A DNA stretch of 64,000 nucleotides from Mycobacteriales bacterium (GCA_036382875.1 DASVPJ010000044.1:159891-223890); one strand, 5' to 3'. Counted from the first letter of the stretch, positions 47,481 to 57,569 are shown. Made by a program: numbers and translations. The notes: generated by a model not told the origin, from the letters alone.

Positions 47481-48835
47481 GCACCCTCCGCGACACCCTC
47501 CACGCGCTGCCGCCGGAGCCGCCGGCCGAGCTCGGCCTGGCCGGCAACGCCCGCCGCCGCGCCGGCCGCATCCGTCGCCGCCGCGCCCTGGCCGGCTCCG
47601 CCGTCACGGCCGTCGTCGCGGCGCTCGCCGTCGCCGCGGTCGCGCTGCCCCGGCCGGCCGACGTCGTGCCGGCCGCGACGTCGCCGCTCGTGGGGACGTT
47701 CCCCGAGTGGCCGCGCCGCGGCGACGGCGACGCCGCCCTCGACGCGGACGCCGTCGCGACCTGGACCGCGTTCGTCGAGGGCCCGGCCAAGGCGCGGCTC
47801 GTCGGGACGCCGCGCGTCCTCTACTCCGGTGCCGCCGACCGGCTCGTCGTGCTCGCCGGCACCACCGACCCCGGCGGCGACCGGCTCGCGGTCGTCGGCC
47901 CGGGCGCGGGCGGCGACCTCGCCGTGCTCGCCGACCGCGCCGCGCCGCTGCCCGGCACCGTCGCCCTGCGCTTCCTCATCGCCGCGCCGCCGGAGCCGAC
48001 CAACGGCTACTACTGCGGCGCGCCGCTCGTCGACGACCCGGCGTACGCCACGCGGCTGCTCGTGGTCGCCGCGCCGGGCGTCCGGGAGGCGCGCTGGCTC
48101 CGTACGGGCCCGCTGGGTCTGCACTGCCCGTTCAGCACGGCGGCGGCGGCCCCGCGGGAGCACCACCCCGTCGAGGTGCGGGACGGCGTCGCGCTGGCCG
48201 ACATCCCGATGGGGTCCGGCGAGTTCGTCTTCGGCGAGGTGCGGGTGAGCGGCGGGCGCTGGGTGGACGCGGTGCGGCTCCAGACCCCCGCGACGGCGCC
48301 GTACCCGGCGCCCGACGCGGCGCCGGCCTCGGCGACCCTGCCGAGGTTCGTGCGCACCGACCACAGCCGCGCCGACGCGCTGGCGCTGCTCCTCGACGAC
48401 GACGGCATCGAGGGCGTCGCGGGCGGCGAACGGTGCCGCGAGGCGTGGTCCCGCAGCCTCCCCGACGGCACCGCCGCGGTGTTCTGCATCGTCCGCTCGC
48501 CCGACGAGAACGACCCGACCCGCGACCGGGCCGTCGTCGTCGCCGACGGCGCCGACCGCCGCTTCCGCGTCTACGACTTCCCGCCCACGACGGCCGACGT
48601 GTTCGCCACCGTCGTGACCGGACGCACCGCGCGCTGGCTCGTCGTCGTCGGCCCGAAGGACCTCGCCGGCGCCACGCTGCTCGGCGACCGCGAGGTGCCC
48701 GTGCCGCTCGTCGACGGCGCCGGGTTCCTGCGGCTGGAGGACGGCCAGGCGACCGGCGACACGTTCCTGCGGACGTCCTCGGGCGGCACCTACCCGGTGG
48801 TCCGGATCGACGGCCGGGAGGTCGTGCCGGACTAG
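47477..48835 (+). CDS. Membrane-anchored protein co-transcribed with ECF sigma (putative anti-sigma factor)
   Basis: ATGA overlap with the sigma gene; single TM 'AVTAVVAALAVAAVAL'. Large extracytoplasmic domain of unknown fold. Confidence 0.55.
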   Translation: MSTLRDTLHALPPEPPAELGLAGNARRRAGRIRRRRALAGSAVTAVVAALAVAAVALPRPADVVPAATSPLVGTFPEWPRRGDGDAALDADAVATWTAFVEGPAKARLVGTPRVLYSGAADRLVVLAGTTDPGGDRLAVVGPGAGGDLAVLADRAAPLPGTVALRFLIAAPPEPTNGYYCGAPLVDDPAYATRLLVVAAPGVREARWLRTGPLGLHCPFSTAAAAPREHHPVEVRDGVALADIPMGSGEFVFGEVRVSGGRWVDAVRLQTPATAPYPAPDAAPASATLPRFVRTDHSRADALALLLDDDGIEGVAGGERCREAWSRSLPDGTAAVFCIVRSPDENDPTRDRAVVVADGADRRFRVYDFPPTTADVFATVVTGRTARWLVVVGPKDLAGATLLGDREVPVPLVDGAGFLRLEDGQATGDTFLRTSSGGTYPVVRIDGREVVPD

Positions 48836-48881
48836 GCGGTAGCATTCGGCGTTCGCACTCCAGACCTCCGAAGGTGTCCCT

Positions 48882-48980
48882 GTGGGCTCGGTCATCAAGA
48901 AGCGCCGCAAGCGCATGGCGAAGAAGAAGCACCGCAAGCTGCTGAAGAAGACGCGCGTCCAGCGGCGTAACAAGAAGTAG
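48882..48980 (+). CDS. 30S ribosomal protein bS22 (Rv0500B-like 32-aa basic peptide)
   Basis: Encodes '[32 protein letters not shown]', near-identical to the actinobacterial bS22 family. 'gaaggtg' RBS; absent from the ORF track (<60 aa). Confidence 0.8.
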   Translation: MGSVIKKRRKRMAKKKHRKLLKKTRVQRRNKK

Positions 48981-48982
48981 CG

Positions 48983-49867
48983 ATGCCCGAGTCGTTCGGC
49001 TGGATCACCTTCCTGTCCGACTACGGGCTGGACGACGCGTTCGTCGGCGTCTGCCACGGTGTGGTCGCGCGCATCGCTCCCGCGGTCCGCGTGATCGACG
49101 TGTGCCACGAGATCGCGCCGCAGGACGTCGAGCAGGGCGCGACGACGCTGGCCGGGGCGGTCGAGTACCTGCCGGTCGCGGTGCACCTCGCGATCGTCGA
49201 CCCGGGCGTCGGCACGTCCCGCCGCGGCGTCGCCGTCCGGACCGCCAGCGGCAGCATCACGGTCGGGCCGGACAACGGCGTCGCCTCGCTCGCCTGGAAG
49301 GCGCTCGGCGGCGCGGTGGCCGCCCGCTGCCTGGACAACCAGGAGCTGTGGCTGCGCAACCCGTCGAAGACGTTCCACGGCCGCGACGTGTTCGCCCCGG
49401 TGGCGGCGTACCTGGCGAACGGCGGCGCGTTCGAGGACGTCGGCGCCGAGGCCGACCTCGACTCGCTGGTGCAGGTCACGCTGCGCCCGCCGACGGTGGA
49501 CGACGACCACGTGCACGGCGAGGTCCGCGCCGTGGACCACTTCGGCAACCTCTCGCTGAACATGCAGCGCGCCGACCTCGAGGCGGCCGGCATGAACCTC
49601 GGCGACACCGTCGAGCTGCGGATGGAGGGGCGCACCCTCCAGGTGCCGTTCACGCACACGTTCGGCGAGGTGCCGCCGGGCCGTACGGCGGTCTGCGAGG
49701 ACTCGTTCCGGCACATCACGATCGCGGTCAACCTCGGCCACGCCGCGAAGACGCTGCGCGCCCGCCGCGGCGACCCGGTCGTCATCAGCCGCGTCGCCCG
49801 GGTGGCCCCGCACGCGCCCGAGCGCATCGGCATCCTCGACCCGCCGCCCCAGCCCTCGACGGTCTGA
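48983..49867 (+). CDS. SAM hydroxide adenosyltransferase family protein (DUF62; fluorinase/chlorinase-like fold)
   Basis: 'WITFLSDYGLDDAFVGVCHGVV', 'VHLAIVDPGVGT' and 'FHGRDVFAPVAA' are hallmark motifs. Confidence 0.8.
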   Translation: MPESFGWITFLSDYGLDDAFVGVCHGVVARIAPAVRVIDVCHEIAPQDVEQGATTLAGAVEYLPVAVHLAIVDPGVGTSRRGVAVRTASGSITVGPDNGVASLAWKALGGAVAARCLDNQELWLRNPSKTFHGRDVFAPVAAYLANGGAFEDVGAEADLDSLVQVTLRPPTVDDDHVHGEVRAVDHFGNLSLNMQRADLEAAGMNLGDTVELRMEGRTLQVPFTHTFGEVPPGRTAVCEDSFRHITIAVNLGHAAKTLRARRGDPVVISRVARVAPHAPERIGILDPPPQPSTV

Positions 49868-49872
49868 GCACG

Positions 49873-50214
49873 GTGACGGGGGAGGACGTCACGGCGGTCG
49901 CCGACGAGGCGGTCCGGCGGGCGCGCGTCGCGACCGGCTTCCTGGTCGTCCACGTCGCCGCGCTCGGCTACGCCGGCGTCACCGCCGCCCGCGGGGACCT
50001 CGTCCTCGCCCGCTTCGACCTCGCCGTCACCGGCCTCCTCTGCCTGGTGACCTCGATGCGGGCGCTGCGGCACGGCTACCAGCACGGGCACCGGGTGGGC
50101 CGGCGGGTGGCGTACCTCGGGCTGTTGCTCACGACGTCGTTCGTCGGGGTCGCCATCGCGGTCGCGCTGCGGCCGCCGCCGGGTGTGAGCCGGATCACAG
50201 CGCCGGACCGTTGA
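49873..50214 (+). CDS. Hypothetical small membrane protein
   Basis: High GC3; two or three TM helices. GTG start is uncertain. Confidence 0.4.
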   Translation: MTGEDVTAVADEAVRRARVATGFLVVHVAALGYAGVTAARGDLVLARFDLAVTGLLCLVTSMRALRHGYQHGHRVGRRVAYLGLLLTTSFVGVAIAVALRPPPGVSRITAPDR

Positions 50215-50277
50215 CGCGGGCTCCCTTAGCCCCGCTAGGTTAGCGCCGTTCAGTTATCCGTCGAACGGAGCCGCGCC

Positions 50278-52494
50278 ATGCTCGTCCGCGCCGCCGACCT
50301 GGTCGTCCGCCGCCGCGTCGTCATCCTCGTGCTCGCCCTCGTCGGGCTCGTCGTCGCCGGAGCGCTCGGCGGCGGCGTCGCGTCCCGGCTCTCCTCCGGA
50401 GGCTTCGAGGACGCCGGCGCCGAGTCCACCAAGGCGGAGAAGGCGCTGGAGGCGTTCGGCGGCCAGCCGAACTTCGTCCTCCTCGTCACCGCCAGAGGCG
50501 GGTCCGTGGACGACGCCGCGGCGGCGCGGGCCGGGCTCGACGTGACCAACCGGCTCGGCGCCGAGCCGGCGGTGACGTTCGCCGGCTCGTACTGGTCGCT
50601 CGGCAAGCCGCAGCCGCTGCGGTCGACCAAGGGCGACTCGGCGCTGGTCCTCGCGCGCATCGCCGGCAGCCAGGACGAGGTGAACAAGGCGGCCAAGGAC
50701 CTGATCCCGCGCTACACCACCTCCGACGCGACGGTCGAGGTCCGGCCGGGCGGCATCTCGGCGGTCTACAAGGACGTCAACGACGTCATCGAGGAGGACA
50801 CCCAGAAGGCCGACTCGCTCGCGATCCCGGTCACGCTGGTCGCGCTGATCCTGGTGTTCGGCTCGGTCGTGGCGGCGTTCCTCCCGCTCGCGGTCGGCGT
50901 GCTCGCGATCGTCGGGACGTTCCTCGTGCTGCGGATCGTGGCGTCGTTCACCGAGGTGTCGATCTACTCGCTGTCGCTGACCACCGCGATGGGTCTCGGC
51001 CTGGCGATCGACTACTCGCTGTTCATCGTCAACCGCTACCGCGAGGAGGTGCGCAACGGCCTCACCTCCGACGAGGCGGTCAAGCGCTCCGTCCTGACCG
51101 CGGGCCGCACCGTGACGTTCTCCGCGCTCACCGTGGCCGCGTCGCTCGGCGCGCTGCTGGTGTTCCCGCTGGCGTTCCTGCGGTCGTTCGCCTACGCCGG
51201 CATCGCCGTCGTCGCGCTGGCCGCGGTCGGCGCGGTGCTCGTGCTGCCGGCGCTCATCGCGCTGCTCGGCTCCCGCGTCGACAAGCTCGTGCTGTGGCGG
51301 CACAAGGTGACCCCGGTCGGCGAGGGCATGTGGCACCGGATCGCGGTGACCGTCATGCGCCGCCCGTGGCCGGTCGCGGTCGGCGTCGTCGCGCTGCTCG
51401 CCGTCCTCGGCGCGCCGTTCCTCGGCATCCGCCTCGGGCTGCCGGACGACCGCGTGCTGCCGAAGGACGCGCCGAGCCGCCAGGTCTCCGAGGTGCTGCG
51501 CCGCGACTACGCCTCCCGCGAGGCGCAGGCCGCGTCCGTCGTCGCCCGGGGCGTGCGGCCGGCCGAGCGCAAGGCCGACATCGAGGCGTACGCCACGTCG
51601 CTGTCCACGCTGCCCGGCGTCGCGCGGGTCGACGCGCTCACCGGCTCCTACGCCGGCGGCCGGCTGGTCTTCCCCGCGACCCCTGTCTCGCAGCGCTTCT
51701 ACTCGCCCGAGGCGACGTACCTGTCGGTCATCCCCTCGGTCGAGCCGGTGTCCGACGCGGGCGAACGCCTCGTGCGGGCGATCCGCTCGGCGCCGTCGCC
51801 GCTCGGCAAGGTCCTCGTCGGCGGCCAGTCCGCGGTGCTCGTGGACTCGAAGAAGTCGATCGGCGACAAGGTCCCGCTGGCCGGGCTGATCATCGCGCTG
51901 GCCACCGCGGTCGTGCTGTTCCTGTCGTTCGGCTCGGTGCTGGTCCCGGTCAAGGCCGTGGTGCTGAACCTGCTGTCGCTGTCGGCGACGTTCGGCGCGA
52001 TGGTCTGGATCTTCCAGGAGGGCCACTTCGCCGGCGCCCTCGACTTCACCGCCACCGGCTCGCTCACCGCGTCGATGCCGATCCTGATGTTCTGCATCGC
52101 GTTCGGCCTGTCCATGGACTACGAGGTCTTCCTGCTCTCCCGCATCAAGGAGGAGCACGACAGGACCGGTGACAACGCCGCCTCGGTCGCGATCGGCCTC
52201 GAACGCACCGGTCGCATCGTCACCGCCGCCGCCGTCCTGATCGCGGTCGTCTTCGCGGCGTTCGCGCTGACGTCGCGGATCTCGTTCATGATCATGTTCG
52301 GCGTCGGCCTCACGATGGCCGTCGTGATGGACGCGACGCTGATCCGCGCGGCGCTGGTGCCGGCGTTCATGAAGCTGGCCGGCGAGGCCAACTGGTGGGC
52401 GCCCGCGCCGCTGCGCCGCCTCTACGACCGCTACGGCATCAGCGAGAATGAGCCGGTGACCGAGACGCCGCGCGAGCTGGAGCCGGCCGGGTGA
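50278..52494 (+). CDS. MMPL family (RND superfamily) transporter
   Basis: 738 aa with twelve TM helices in two 6-TM bundles and two periplasmic domains, typical MMPL architecture. Confidence 0.85.
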   Translation: MLVRAADLVVRRRVVILVLALVGLVVAGALGGGVASRLSSGGFEDAGAESTKAEKALEAFGGQPNFVLLVTARGGSVDDAAAARAGLDVTNRLGAEPAVTFAGSYWSLGKPQPLRSTKGDSALVLARIAGSQDEVNKAAKDLIPRYTTSDATVEVRPGGISAVYKDVNDVIEEDTQKADSLAIPVTLVALILVFGSVVAAFLPLAVGVLAIVGTFLVLRIVASFTEVSIYSLSLTTAMGLGLAIDYSLFIVNRYREEVRNGLTSDEAVKRSVLTAGRTVTFSALTVAASLGALLVFPLAFLRSFAYAGIAVVALAAVGAVLVLPALIALLGSRVDKLVLWRHKVTPVGEGMWHRIAVTVMRRPWPVAVGVVALLAVLGAPFLGIRLGLPDDRVLPKDAPSRQVSEVLRRDYASREAQAASVVARGVRPAERKADIEAYATSLSTLPGVARVDALTGSYAGGRLVFPATPVSQRFYSPEATYLSVIPSVEPVSDAGERLVRAIRSAPSPLGKVLVGGQSAVLVDSKKSIGDKVPLAGLIIALATAVVLFLSFGSVLVPVKAVVLNLLSLSATFGAMVWIFQEGHFAGALDFTATGSLTASMPILMFCIAFGLSMDYEVFLLSRIKEEHDRTGDNAASVAIGLERTGRIVTAAAVLIAVVFAAFALTSRISFMIMFGVGLTMAVVMDATLIRAALVPAFMKLAGEANWWAPAPLRRLYDRYGISENEPVTETPRELEPAG

Positions 52495-53120
52495 GCCCGG
52501 CCCGGCGCCGCGCGCGGCGCGGCGAGGGCGACCTGCTGCGCACCGAGATCCTCGACGCGGCGGGCCGCCTGCTGGCCGAGAAGGGCGACGAGGACGCCGT
52601 CTCGATCCGGATGATCGCCGACGCGGTCGGCGTCACGCCGCCGTCGATCTACCTGCACTTCCCGGACAAGGACACGCTGATCGAGGCGGTCTGCGAGCAG
52701 CGGTTCGGCGAGTTCGACGAGGCGCTGGAGAAGGCCGCGGCGTCCTACGCCGACCCGGTCGACGCGCTGCGGGCGCGCGGCCGGGCGTACGTGGCGTTCG
52801 GGCTCGACCACCCGGAGCACTACCGGGTCATCTTCATGACGCGGCACGAGCGGTCGATGGACCTCGCCGACCTCACGCCGGACGGCGCGACGGCGGGGGC
52901 GCGGGCGTTCGGCCACCTCGTCGACGCGGTCGTCCGGGGTGTCGAGGCGGGCGCGATCGCGACGGCCGACCCGCTCGGCACGTCGATCGCGCTGTGGGCG
53001 TCGTTCCACGGGCTGGTGTCGTTGCTGATCAGCGAGCCGGGCTTCCCGTGGCCGCCGGTCGACTCGCTGGTGGACGCGGTGCTGGACCTGCAGATCGAGG
53101 GCCTGCGGCCCCGGACGTAG
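52491..53120 (+). CDS. TetR/AcrR family transcriptional regulator
   Basis: 'LLAEKGDEDAVSIRMIADAVGVTPPSIYLHF' HTH. GTGA overlap with the MMPL gene. Confidence 0.85.
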   Translation: MSPARRRARRGEGDLLRTEILDAAGRLLAEKGDEDAVSIRMIADAVGVTPPSIYLHFPDKDTLIEAVCEQRFGEFDEALEKAAASYADPVDALRARGRAYVAFGLDHPEHYRVIFMTRHERSMDLADLTPDGATAGARAFGHLVDAVVRGVEAGAIATADPLGTSIALWASFHGLVSLLISEPGFPWPPVDSLVDAVLDLQIEGLRPRT

Positions 53121-53130
53121 ACTCGTCCGC

Positions 53131-54165
53131 ATGCGTCCGCGTCGTGTGCTGATCACCGGTGTGTCCCGGTTCCTCGGCGGGCGGCTCGCGGCGCAGCTCC
53201 AGGCGGACCCGGAGATCGAGCAGGTCATCGGCGTCGACACCGTGCCGCCGCGCGGCGACCTCGGCCGGACGCAGTTCGTCCGCGCCGACATCCGCAACCC
53301 GCTCATCGCCAAGGTCATCGCCTCGTCCGAGGTCGACACGGTGGTCCACCTCAACGTCGTCGCGACGCCGCTCACGGTCGGCGGCCGCACGGCGATGAAG
53401 GAGATCAACGTCATCGGCACGATGCAGCTCCTCGCCGCGTGCCAGAAGGCGGCGTCGGTGCGCAAGCTGGTCCTCAAGTCGACCACCGCCGTCTACGGCT
53501 CGTCGCCGAAGGACCCGGCGCTGTTCACCGAGGACATGGAGCCGCGGCACCTGCCGCGCTCGGGCTACGCCAAGGACTCCGTCGAGGTCGAGGGCTACGT
53601 CCGCGGCTTCGGCCGGCGCCGCCCCGACGTCGCGCTGTCGATCCTGCGGTTCACGAACTTCATCGGCCCGCGCATCGACACCCCGCTCACCCGGTACTTC
53701 TCGCTGCCGGTCGTGCCGACGGTGTTCGGCTTCGACCCGCGCATCCAGTTCGTGCACGAGGACGACGCGCTGGAGGTGCTGCGCCTCGCGACGCTGGAGG
53801 ACAAGCCCGGCATCGTCAACGTCGGCGGCTCCGGCGTGCTCCTGCTGTCGCAGGCGATCCGCCGGGCGGGGCGGCCGTCGTTCCCGGTCCTCGAGCCGCT
53901 GGTCAACGTCGTCGGGCAGTCCTTCCGCCGGGCCGGTGTCGTGGACTTCTCGCCGGAGCAGATGCGCTTCCTCGAGCACGGCCGCGTCGCCGACACCACG
54001 CGGCTGCGCGAGCGCTTCGGCTACGTCCCGCGCTGGACGTCGGCGGAGGCGTTCGACGACTTCGTCCGCGCCCGCGGGCTCAACCGGATGCTCAACCCGG
54101 ACGTCGTGGCGGTCGCCGAGCAGGCGATCCTCTCCCGCCTGCCCCGGAGGTCGGTCCATGCCTGA
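53131..54165 (+). CDS. NAD-dependent epimerase/dehydratase family protein (GalE2/Rv0501-like)
   Basis: 'VLITGVSRFLGGRL' Rossmann motif; 'YAKDS' catalytic region. Confidence 0.8.
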   Translation: MRPRRVLITGVSRFLGGRLAAQLQADPEIEQVIGVDTVPPRGDLGRTQFVRADIRNPLIAKVIASSEVDTVVHLNVVATPLTVGGRTAMKEINVIGTMQLLAACQKAASVRKLVLKSTTAVYGSSPKDPALFTEDMEPRHLPRSGYAKDSVEVEGYVRGFGRRRPDVALSILRFTNFIGPRIDTPLTRYFSLPVVPTVFGFDPRIQFVHEDDALEVLRLATLEDKPGIVNVGGSGVLLLSQAIRRAGRPSFPVLEPLVNVVGQSFRRAGVVDFSPEQMRFLEHGRVADTTRLRERFGYVPRWTSAEAFDDFVRARGLNRMLNPDVVAVAEQAILSRLPRRSVHA

Positions 54166-55093
54166 CGCGCGCGTCATCCCGATCCGCGACCACGGCCCGG
54201 CCGCCCCCGCGCCGGAGCCGCTGGACCTGGCCGACCTGGCCGAGGACGACGCCCCCGAGTGGGAACGCCGCGTTGCCGGCGCGCTCGCGTTCCTGCGCCG
54301 CCGGATCACCGGCGACTACCCGGTGGACGACTTCGGCTTCGACCCGGACCTCACCGACCACGTGCTGCTGCCGGCGGTGCGCCCGCTGTACGAGAAGTGG
54401 TTCCGCGTCGAGGCGCGCGGCCTCGACAACGTCCCGTCCACCGGCGGCGCGCTGATCGTCGCCAACCACTCCGGCACGCTGCCGCTCGACGCGATCGGCG
54501 TGGCGCTGCCGCTGCTCGACGACCACCCGGCGCACCGGCACCTGCGGATGCTCGGCGCCGACCTGGTGTTCCGGCTGCCGGTGCTCGCGCCGCTCGCCCG
54601 CAAGGCCGGGCACACGCTGGCCTGCAACGAGGACGCCGAGCGGCTGCTCTCCTCCGGCGAGCTGGTCGGCGTGTGGCCCGAGGGCTTCAAGGGCGTCGGC
54701 AAGCCGTTCAGCGAGCGGTACAAGCTGCAGCGCTTCGGCCGCGGCGGCTTCGTGTCGGCCGCGCTGCGCACCGGTGTGCCGATCATCCCGGTGTCGATCG
54801 TCGGCGCCGAGGAGATCTACCCGATGATCGGCAACCTCAAGACGCTGGCCCGGCTGCTCGGGCTGCCGTACGTCCCGGTGACGCCGACGTTCCCGCTGCT
54901 CGGCCCGCTCGGCGCGGTGCCGTTGCCGTCGAAGTGGCTCATCGAGTTCGGCGAGCCGATCCACACCGACCACCTCGGCCCGGCCGCCGCCGACGACCCG
55001 ATGCTCGTGTTCAACCTCACCGACCAGGTGCGCGAGGTCATCCAGCAGACGCTCTACCGGCTGCTGATGCAGCGGCGTTCGGTCTGGTACTGA
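54158..55093 (+). CDS. Lysophospholipid (1-acyl-sn-glycerol-3-phosphate) acyltransferase family (Rv0502-like)
   Basis: 'VANHSGTLPLD' (HX4D motif) and 'VPIIPVSIVGAEE'. Confidence 0.8.
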   Translation: MPDARVIPIRDHGPAAPAPEPLDLADLAEDDAPEWERRVAGALAFLRRRITGDYPVDDFGFDPDLTDHVLLPAVRPLYEKWFRVEARGLDNVPSTGGALIVANHSGTLPLDAIGVALPLLDDHPAHRHLRMLGADLVFRLPVLAPLARKAGHTLACNEDAERLLSSGELVGVWPEGFKGVGKPFSERYKLQRFGRGGFVSAALRTGVPIIPVSIVGAEEIYPMIGNLKTLARLLGLPYVPVTPTFPLLGPLGAVPLPSKWLIEFGEPIHTDHLGPAAADDPMLVFNLTDQVREVIQQTLYRLLMQRRSVWY

Positions 55094-55125
55094 GCGAGTA
55101 CGGCACCACGCAGGTCCCCGTCGTC

Positions 55126-55536
55126 GTGACGCGGACCGAGTGGCTGTCGCGGACGTACGCCTCCCGCATCGGGCCGGTCGGCGGCGCGGGGCACTACGAC
55201 GTCTGGCGCGTCGAGGTCGACCTCGCCGCGGCCGAGCCGGTGCTGCCGGTGCAGCTGCGCCGCGAGAACGGCGGGTTGTCGCGCCAGACGCCCTGGCGCA
55301 AGGGCGCGGCGGTCGAGCTCACGGTCGTGGTGCGCGTGCCGTGCGCGCGGGAGGAGGCGGCGTTGCTGCTGTCCGAGGGCGACCGGCTGCACAGCGGCGC
55401 GGCGTGGCCCGTCGTGTCGTGGCCGGGCGGCGGCGAGGAAATCGGTCTGGTCGCGAAGCGCGACACCCGCGACTCGCACGGGCGCTGGCGCCTGCGTCAG
55501 TCCGGCATCGGCAACGGCCTGCGGGAGCGCACGTAG
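55126..55536 (+). CDS. Hypothetical protein
   Basis: High GC3 in frame 1 after the acyltransferase stop. Start codon unclear (GTG 55126 proposed; could be upstream). Confidence 0.4.
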   Translation: MTRTEWLSRTYASRIGPVGGAGHYDVWRVEVDLAAAEPVLPVQLRRENGGLSRQTPWRKGAAVELTVVVRVPCAREEAALLLSEGDRLHSGAAWPVVSWPGGGEEIGLVAKRDTRDSHGRWRLRQSGIGNGLRERT

Positions 55537-56020
55537 GCGACGCCGAACGCGCTGGCGATCGTGAGCGCGACGGCGAGCGGTACGACGCCGGACTCGCGGC
55601 CGGGGACGTCGGTCGCCGGCGGGTACGTCGTCAGCCGCAGGCTCGCGAGGACGGCGTCCGGATCGGAGTGCGGGTTGCCGCCGCAGCCGCTGACGTCGCC
55701 GTCATAGCCGCCGACGTACAGCCGGCGTCCCTCCGGGGGCCTGGCCGGCTCCGCCTCGGTCCCGAAGCGGCCACAGCCTCGCGGGGCACGGTTCGCCAGC
55801 ACGAGCCACGGCCCCACCGAGCCGCGGGCGACCGCGTCGACGCGCATCTCCCAGTGGATCTGGTCGAGCCGCTTCGTGACCTCGCCGACGACCACCACGT
55901 CCGCGTTCGCGAGCTGGGTCTCCAGCGGCTCCCGCGACCGCACAGGCACGCGAACGCCGGGCGGGGGAGGAGCACCGTCGCCCCCGCCACCATCACGAGC
56001 ACCAGCAGCCGGCGGGTCAT
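55497..56020 (-). pseudogene. Frameshifted paralog of the adjacent CxC-motif membrane-anchored protein
   Basis: Signal peptide and 'RPAFACLC' are in one frame (ATG 56020); the homologous mature region 'EPLETQLANADVVVVGEV...' continues in the +1 frame. Shift maps to a G-run near 55931-55935. Confidence 0.55.
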
Positions 56021-56556
56021 CGCGCGAGCCGCAGGGCGGCGAGGTCGGCGGCGTCGCGGCGGCGCCGGCGGCGTTCCTCGGGCGTGCGCCGGGCGATCGG
56101 CAGCGAGACCACGCCGAGCGCCGCGATGGCCGCGCTGACCCAGCCGCCGCCGCCCCTGTCGTCGGCGCCGGGCAGCGGGGCGTACCCCGGCAGGCCGACG
56201 TCCTCGGACGTCCTGAACATCACGTGGCGGCACTGCCCGGTGACGAGCTCGCGGGGCCCGGCGTAGACGACAGGACCCGGGCCGGGCGGGCTCGCCGAGC
56301 AGGACGAGAACGGCGCCAGGTCCGTGTGCAGCAGCGTGATCCGGCGTACCCGGCCCTTGTACACGCGGTCGACGCGCACCTCGGACTTGCCCTCGCCGAC
56401 GTACGCGACGACCTCGCCCTCGAACACCACGTCCGCGTTCGCGACGGCCGCGGGGAGCTCGGGCGGCCCGGCGCACGAGCAGGCGAACGCCGGCCGCGTC
56501 CAGAACGTCGCCGCCGCCACGAGCCCGAGCACCACGAGGCTCCGCGACCCGCGCAT
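56017..56556 (-). CDS. Secreted/membrane-anchored hypothetical protein with N-terminal 'RPAFACSC' motif and C-terminal TM + basic tail
   Basis: ATG 56556 with 'gggggtgggcg' RBS. Signal peptide; C-terminal TM 'VSAAIAALGVVSLPIA' then 'RRRRRR'. ATGA overlap with the downstream paralog. Confidence 0.6.
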   Translation of the reverse strand: MRGSRSLVVLGLVAAATFWTRPAFACSCAGPPELPAAVANADVVFEGEVVAYVGEGKSEVRVDRVYKGRVRRITLLHTDLAPFSSCSASPPGPGPVVYAGPRELVTGQCRHVMFRTSEDVGLPGYAPLPGADDRGGGGWVSAAIAALGVVSLPIARRTPEERRRRRRDAADLAALRLAR

Positions 56557-56597
56557 CGCCCACCCCCATCCGTTCGGGCCAGTGGGGCCCGTCCAGG

Positions 56598-57569
56598 TCA
56601 CGCGAGGGTCAAGGTCTCGGCACCTTCGTCGGTCACCAGCAGCGTGTGCTCGAACTGCGCCGTCCGCTTCAGGTCGACGGTCACCGCGGTCCAGTCGTCG
56701 TCCCACATCCGGTGCTCCCACGACCCGACCGTGATCATCGGCTCGATGGTGAACGTCATCCCCGGCTCGAGCCGCGTCGTCGCGCGCGGGTCGTAGTAGT
56801 GCGGCACCTGCGGGTCGGCGTGGAACGTCGCCCCGATGCCGTGCCCGACGAACGCGCGCACGACGCCGAAGCCGTTCGACTCCGCGTGCTCCTGGATCGC
56901 CTTGCCGATGTCGCGCACCTGCCCGCCCGGCCGCACCGCCGCGATGCCGAGGTCGAGGCACTCCTTCGTCACCTGGACCAGGCGGTGGGACTCCTCGTCG
57001 ACCTCGCCGACGAGGAACGTCGCGTTGGTGTCGCCGTGCATCCCGTCCAGGAAGATCGTCACGTCGAGGTTCACGATGTCGCCGTCGTGCAGCACCGACG
57101 AGTCGGGGATGCCGTGGCAGATGACCTCGTTGACGCTGGTGCACAGCGACTTCGGGAAGCCGTTGTAGTTGAGCGGGCTCGGGTAGCCGCCGCGGCGGAT
57201 GCACTCCTCGTGCGCGATCGCGTCGAGCTCGTCGGTCGTGATGCCGGGACGGACCGCGGCGCCGACCGTCTGGAGCACCTCGGCCGCCGCGCGGCCGGCG
57301 CGGCGCATCCGCTCGATCTCCTCCGGCGTCTTCGGCCGGCCGCTGCCGCGCACCCGCGTCGGCCGGCCGCTCTCCGCGTACTCGGGCCGCGGGATGTGCG
57401 GCGGCACCGGGCGCATCGGCGAGACGCGGCCTGGCTTCACCCGCCGCGCGGCGTCGGCCTTCGCCGCCGCGGCGGCCGGGTCGAGGTCGGCGAGCCGGTG
57501 GCAGCGCTTGTAGCGACGCCCGCTGCCGCACCAGCAGAGGTCGTTCGCGCTGAGAGTGGTCGTGGTCAT
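56598..57569 (-). CDS. map: Type I methionyl aminopeptidase with N-terminal SEC-C-like zinc finger extension
   Basis: N-terminal '[13 protein letters not shown]'. Catalytic 'HGIPD', 'DIVNLDVT' and 'GHGIG' motifs. Confidence 0.88.
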   Translation of the reverse strand: MTTTTLSANDLCWCGSGRRYKRCHRLADLDPAAAAAKADAARRVKPGRVSPMRPVPPHIPRPEYAESGRPTRVRGSGRPKTPEEIERMRRAGRAAAEVLQTVGAAVRPGITTDELDAIAHEECIRRGGYPSPLNYNGFPKSLCTSVNEVICHGIPDSSVLHDGDIVNLDVTIFLDGMHGDTNATFLVGEVDEESHRLVQVTKECLDLGIAAVRPGGQVRDIGKAIQEHAESNGFGVVRAFVGHGIGATFHADPQVPHYYDPRATTRLEPGMTFTIEPMITVGSWEHRMWDDDWTAVTVDLKRTAQFEHTLLVTDEGAETLTLA

